37,050 bases of DNA from an uncultured Lachnospiraceae bacterium (GTDB lineage: Bacteria; Bacillota; Clostridia; Lachnospirales; Lachnospiraceae): the NCBI GenBank assembly GCA_902783965.1, contig CACZSY010000098.1, positions 1 to 37,050 on the forward strand. The letters run 5' to 3'. The translations under genes were made by a program, and so were the position numbers. This document shows, one piece after another, positions 34,455-37,050 of this stretch. The first letter of the stretch is position 1. Every line of letters starts with the position of its first letter. Below the pieces are notes generated by a model. It did no database searches. It saw only the letters and a list, made by a program, of their open reading frames with translations, and was not told where the DNA came from.

Positions 34455-35360
34455 TTATACCAGCTTCGGATAAAGCTTCTTCTCGTCAAGCGACTTGAAA
34501 AATTCGATCACTACCGGCTTATCTTCCTGATAGGTTACGCCATACCAGCGCTCATCTGTATCGAGCACCTTGACTTCTGCCTTTCCTTCTTTTACAAGGT
34601 CGCCTACCACTGTCGGAAGAAGGTACTCCGCCTTAAGGTCTCCCTCTTTGATATTGCTTAAGAATTCCGGGAATCTCTTTTCAAGTTCGTCGATAAGTTC
34701 CGGTGTAAATCCCCACATATTCATGGAAACATAGTCGTCAAGCGCGAAGCAGTTCTCTTCTCCGGCTTTGTTCTGTCCGTAAGCTTTGCCATCCTTAGCG
34801 TAGATCTCAAAGGTCTCTTCAACCTTTGTCAGCATACCGTCTTCATCAACGCTGCAAATTCCTCTTGTAACGGTTCCGTTGTCACTTAAAGTATTGCCAA
34901 GCCTGAATCCTGCCATGCAGAATCTGTACTTTCCGTTCTCGGAAACACCAGACTCAAGGTAATCATGGATCTTAACGAAACCTTCTTTTCCGTAATAGTC
35001 ATCGGCATTTATTACCACAAACGGTTCTTTTACTACATCCTTTACCGCAAGCACAGCCTGACCTGTACCCCATGGTTTCTTTCTTCCTTCAGGAACGCTG
35101 AAGCCTTCCGGAAGTGCATCCATCTCCTGAAATACATAGCTTACATTATATTTTTCAGCAAGTCTGTCGAAAATAACTTCCCTGAAGTCTTTTTCGATAT
35201 CTCTTCTTATTATAAATACCACCTTGTCAAAACCTGCGGTGATCGCATCATAGATCGAATAATCTATAATGATCTCTCCGTTAGGTCCTAACGGCGTAAG
35301 CTGCTTGATACCGCCGAACCTGCTTCCCATTCCGGCTGCCATTATCACCAACGTGCTCAT
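34455..35360 (-). CDS. Sugar-phosphate nucleotidyltransferase (GT-A-like NTP-transferase fold); substrate unknown
   Basis: N-terminal LVIMAAGMGSRFGG signature of sugar nucleotidyltransferases. 301 aa. Confidence 0.7.
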   Translation of the reverse strand: MSTLVIMAAGMGSRFGGIKQLTPLGPNGEIIIDYSIYDAITAGFDKVVFIIRRDIEKDFREVIFDRLAEKYNVSYVFQEMDALPEGFSVPEGRKKPWGTGQAVLAVKDVVKEPFVVINADDYYGKEGFVKIHDYLESGVSENGKYRFCMAGFRLGNTLSDNGTVTRGICSVDEDGMLTKVEETFEIYAKDGKAYGQNKAGEENCFALDDYVSMNMWGFTPELIDELEKRFPEFLSNIKEGDLKAEYLLPTVVGDLVKEGKAEVKVLDTDERWYGVTYQEDKPVVIEFFKSLDEKKLYPKLV

Positions 35361-35403
35361 AAAATGCCTCCTTCCATTTTGCGAAATATCAATTATATTA
35401 TTC

Positions 35404-36390
35404 TTATCTGTTGCTGCTTAAGAATTCAACATATTTTCCCGTTCCGATCGCTACGGCTGTCATTGGATCTTCTGCAGTCATTGTCGTGATCCCTGTCTTC
35501 TGTTCGATAAGCTCTTCGAGTCCGTACAACAGACCGCCGCCGCCCGTAAGAACGATTCCTCTGTCCGCTATATCCGCTGCAAGTTCCGGCGGAGTTCTTT
35601 CAAGAACCGAATGTACGGCTTCCACTATCTGAGCGCAAGGCTCCTTAAGCGCCTCTTCCGTCTCATCACTGGTTACCGTTATAGTCTTAGGAAGTCCTGT
35701 CACAAGGTTACGTCCCCTGACGTCAAGAGTAACCGTTTCCGGTCTCTTGAATGCGGAACCTATCTTTATCTTGATATCCTCTGCGGTTCTTTCACCGATC
35801 AGTAGGTTATGTTTCTTTCTCATGTATCTTACGATAGCTTCATCAAAATCATCGCCCGCTATCTTAATGGAAGTACTTACAACTGTTCCTCCGAGGGAAA
35901 TTACCGCAATATCGGAAGTACCTCCTCCTATATCCACTATCATGTTGCCGCATGGCTTTGATATATCTATACCGGCTCCTATAGCTGCCGCAATAGGCTC
36001 TTCAATGATGGCCACATCTCTTGCGCCCGCATTATAAGTAGCATCTTCAACTGCCTTCTTCTCAACCTCGGTTACGCCGCTCGGTACACAGACGCTGATG
36101 ATCGGCTTTCTGAATCTGGTCTTGCCCACTGCCTTTTGAATGAAGTACTTAAGCATCTTCTCTGTAACCGTATAGTCCGAGATAACGCCCTGTCTCAGTG
36201 GTCTTACCGCTACAATATTGCCCGGCGTCCTTCCAAGCATGAGTCTCGCGTCCTCACCGATAGCTTTGATCTTATTAGTCTCTCTGTCAAACGCTACAAC
36301 CGAAGGCTCTTTTAAAACAACGCCTTTGCCTTTTATATAAACAAGTATGCTCGCTGTACCCAAATCAATGCCAATATCGCTTCCTGCCAT
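35404..36390 (-). CDS. mreB: Rod shape-determining actin homolog MreB/Mbl
   Basis: DIGIDLGTASILVY, the DIGGGTSDIAVISLGG phosphate-2 motif and GIVLTGGGGLL. Confidence 0.92.
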   Translation of the reverse strand: MAGSDIGIDLGTASILVYIKGKGVVLKEPSVVAFDRETNKIKAIGEDARLMLGRTPGNIVAVRPLRQGVISDYTVTEKMLKYFIQKAVGKTRFRKPIISVCVPSGVTEVEKKAVEDATYNAGARDVAIIEEPIAAAIGAGIDISKPCGNMIVDIGGGTSDIAVISLGGTVVSTSIKIAGDDFDEAIVRYMRKKHNLLIGERTAEDIKIKIGSAFKRPETVTLDVRGRNLVTGLPKTITVTSDETEEALKEPCAQIVEAVHSVLERTPPELAADIADRGIVLTGGGGLLYGLEELIEQKTGITTMTAEDPMTAVAIGTGKYVEFLSSNR

Positions 36391-36568
36391 CTGAAAAATC
36401 TCCTTTCGTATATGCTTTATAAAGGTCTCTGTTCACATCCGTCTTCTTTTTATGTCTTACAGGATCTCGAAAACACGAAAGGTGATGAGATCCGTTATCA
36501 ACATGTCAGGCTGTGAAGCATAACCCGGATCAACTTTAAAAAACCTTATTATAGGTTCAGTATCCTAC

Positions 36569-36597
36569 ATTATATACGCATATACTTCATTTTTCAA
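36569..36597 (-). promoter_or_regulatory. Sigma-70 promoter of mreB, giving a 5' UTR of about 170 nt
   Basis: On the minus strand, TTGAAA (36592-36597), 17 nt, TATAAT (36569-36574). Confidence 0.55.
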
Positions 36598-36676
36598 AGG
36601 GAAATTATATTTTTGGCATAATAACCCAAAGCTACTTAATAATGTTTATTTTTTTATTCATTGTTACTATTCTTAT

Positions 36677-36699
36677 TCCCTGCGCGCCCCGTGTGCATA
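36677..36699. repeat. Copy 2 of the 23 nt GC-rich intergenic motif, TCCCTGCGCGCCCCGTGTGCATA
   Basis: See 39-61. Here it lies next to the terminator hairpin at 36708-36732. Confidence 0.7.
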
Positions 36700-36700
36700 T

Positions 36701-36732
36701 GTACAAACGGAGACGCCCATGGGACGTCTCCG
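36701..36732 (-). terminator. Probable terminator of the glgC/glgD-family gene
   Basis: CGGAGACG, 9 nt loop, CGTCTCCG, followed by UUUGU on the minus strand. The U-tract is short. Confidence 0.5.
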
Positions 36733-36767
36733 CAAGGTTTTAATATTCAGTTGTAACGGCTATTCAA

Positions 36768-37050
36768 TTAAAGTACATAGCGTTCGTTCTTTTCAACGAC
36801 AATCTTAATCTTTCCGCCTTCTCCAACATAACTCGTATTAGCTTTAATTGTATCCCTGCTTTCGACGATGCAGTTCTCGATATAAGTATTATCTCCGATA
36901 TGAACATCATTCAGGATAATTGAATTCTTTATGGTACAATTATTGCCTACATAAACTTTCTTAAAGAGTATTGAATTCTCGATGTAACCATTCAAAATAC
37001 ATCCGCTTGAGATGAGTGAATTTTTAACACCGGAACCCGGATTGTGCTTA
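36768..37050 (-). CDS. C-terminal part of a glucose-1-phosphate adenylyltransferase-family protein (GlgD or GlgC); left-handed beta-helix domain; 5' end outside the window
   Basis: Hexapeptide-repeat-like IENSILFKKVYVGNNCTIKNSIILNDVHIGDNTYIENCIV. The reading frame stays open to the window edge. Confidence 0.6.
   Translation of the reverse strand, partial: KHNPGSGVKNSLISSGCILNGYIENSILFKKVYVGNNCTIKNSIILNDVHIGDNTYIENCIVESRDTIKANTSYVGEGGKIKIVVEKNERYVL

Noticed and set aside
1-37050. Mobile element, prophage, genomic island or defence locus
   Set aside because: I recognised no integrase, transposase, recombinase, phage structural gene, restriction-modification gene, toxin-antitoxin pair or nuclease/helicase defence gene. 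No tRNA gene could serve as an attachment site. Gene content is housekeeping and carbohydrate metabolism throughout.

Overview
This 37 kb window looks like ordinary chromosomal DNA from a moderately AT-rich Firmicute, probably Clostridia and possibly a Lachnospiraceae-like gut or rumen organism. That placement is inferred from protein motifs and gene order, since no database search was possible. About 31 genes are present, most on the minus strand.

Gene content:
- A maltodextrin/starch utilisation locus: three cytoplasmic GH13 enzymes, a MalEFG-type ABC importer, a LacI-family regulator and a surface lipoprotein.
- Scattered arginine genes (argF and a short-form argC) and an AlaA-type aminotransferase.
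- An ECF-type sigma factor paired with a membrane protein carrying an extracellular vWA domain.
- An S11 D-Ala-D-Ala carboxypeptidase, a two-domain PPK2 and a DegV protein.
- A queC / YhhQ-like transporter / queF operon.
- comFC, a sugar-phosphate nucleotidyltransferase, mreB and the 3' end of a glgC/glgD-family gene.

I found no rRNA, tRNA, CRISPR array, transposase, integrase, prophage or recognisable defence genes. I therefore cannot claim a new multi-gene system here.

The observations most worth follow-up are:
1. A roughly 300 nt leader upstream of degV. It sits behind a perfect consensus promoter and contains a roughly 24 bp hairpin. That is followed by three nearly identical 48 nt modules, each ending in an SD-like AGAGGA and each complementary to a 12-mer beside the promoter.
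2. A CAP/Big_2/BspA-LRR surface protein gene split by one in-frame TGA.
3. A GC-rich intergenic sequence family, including a 23-mer present at both ends of the window and blocks shared with the queC leader.
4. An orphan PqqD-like gene coupled to a Cthe_2159-like secreted beta-helix protein.
5. A stand-alone MraY paralog with HDH in place of the HHH motif.

All product calls rest on motifs read by eye from the translations.
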